64,000 nucleotides of DNA from Phoronis australis. Its lineage: Eukaryota; Animalia; Phoronida. Shown one piece after another: positions 62,766-64,000 of this stretch. Numbering within the stretch: position 1 is the stretch's first letter; each line of letters begins with the position of its first letter. The translations under genes and the position numbers were made by a program. The stretch is from assembly GCA_002633005.1 (NCBI GenBank), contig NMRA01000001.1, forward strand, positions 1,645,755-1,709,754, given 5' to 3'. The notes under the pieces were generated by a model. The model searched no databases and was not told the origin of the DNA. It saw nothing but the letters and a program-made list of their open reading frames with translations.

Positions 62766-64000
62766 CCCGATTCTTCAAAACATATAAAATTACAAAATTT
62801 TTAGCAAAAAGGGAGACTGCTGCTATACGTTTTAACAGCATTTGTCTTAACATAATTCAGTGACAGCTAGTAATCCCATACTTATCAAGTATGCAAACTA
62901 ATATTATAAGACCTTCCCTTCACTTCAGAATACAACCTGCCAACTGCTGTCCATGTTAAGCATAGGCAGTATACTTAACCTACAGTTGGTTCTTGACAAG
63001 GCAGGTTGGAACATGCCTGAGAACTAAATACATCTTCAGGCATGTCTACCTAGAGTGACTGAATTCCAGAACATTTTAAAGCAAACCCTTCAATAAAGAC
63101 AGTTATATGCAAGATTGGTAATCCAGTGCCACAAATACATCAAAATTGTGCAGTAACCCAACTTTTAAATCATGTTCAAATCTGTGACAAATTGCCAGCT
63201 GATAAGGTTGATATATTCAAGGCACAGATAGAAATGACCACAAATTTCAGATGCAACAAAGAGAAATATGACTTCACTTGTATTTTCAACTTAATCTTCA
63301 TATTTATATCTTGCACACATTCTGGAGGCTAGCAAAGAATCTAACCAAAATTTATTTTTCATGCCTCTCTCACTAGGAAAAACAACTACAGTAGACTCTC
63401 AGGTAATTAAGATGTCTGTGGAGACTTATTTTTATACCAAATGCTCTGATGTCCAATACTATTATCATGAATCCTGACAAGCAGGCATTCTGCTTACAGT
63501 CATGTAGGACAATGATTTATGATAACTAGACAGACAGCATGTGACCAAATCTACTGATAACATGATAGTAGGCTTATAATGTTGCACCAAATTGTTACCT
63601 CTGTACTCAATAGACTAAGATGAAAAAATGGTTTTGCTGTGCATTAGTACTGCCACGTTTCTGTAAGCAGAAGAAATCGGCCGAATCATTTAAAGTCACA
63701 ACTGCAACACATATTTATGCACTCATGAAAACTTTGCTAGAAGTAACTTTTCCTATGATTTTGTTGAGGACAGTAAGCACAACTAGAATTTCACCAAACG
63801 ACACAATATGGTTTACAAATGATGGGTTGCAAAATCAAATTCCTTTTTCTAAACTATAGCTGCCACCAGACAACATTTTGACAAATTCCCACCCCAATGT
63901 TAGCAGTCTTTTCAAAGATTAGTAAAAACCATGTTTGGCAATAGGGCTTGAAAGTGTGGGGACACTGTACTGAGGTAGTACAGGAGATACAACCATCTTG

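Noticed and set aside
62419-62853. Ile-rich and Asn-rich ORFs
   Set aside because: They are translations of an (ATT)n microsatellite containing an N, with possible local assembly error.

Overview
This is AT-rich, intron-containing animal genomic DNA, most consistent with a marine invertebrate (a 4-CRD galectin suggests a mollusc or other lophotrochozoan, which is inference). Gene order from left to right: an orphan class A GPCR with an intronless CDS (+); a 4-exon PCLAF/PAF15 gene (-) that the ORF track does not resolve; 14-exon SNW1/SKIP (-) head-to-head with 9-coding-exon ADCK1 (+); a Tx1/L1-type LINE fragment; a two-CRD galectin (-); an array of about 145-bp repeats carrying CTCF-like motifs; a decayed copy of the ADCK1 last exon and 3'UTR; and a four-CRD galectin (-) whose first exon probably lies beyond the window. 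The main story is the apparent birth of a new galectin. A block of [ADCK1 3' end + 4-CRD galectin] appears to have been tandemly duplicated. The left copy was then truncated by CAA-TAG at the retained CRD2 splice acceptor, doubled its CRD1 module, and acquired an E->G change in the canonical WxxE sugar-binding motif of one CRD. Introns carry many non-autonomous DNA transposons (hAT-, piggyBac-, Kolobok-, Harbinger- and Tc1/pogo-like). All exon coordinates were read by hand and checked for reading-frame continuity. No database search was run.
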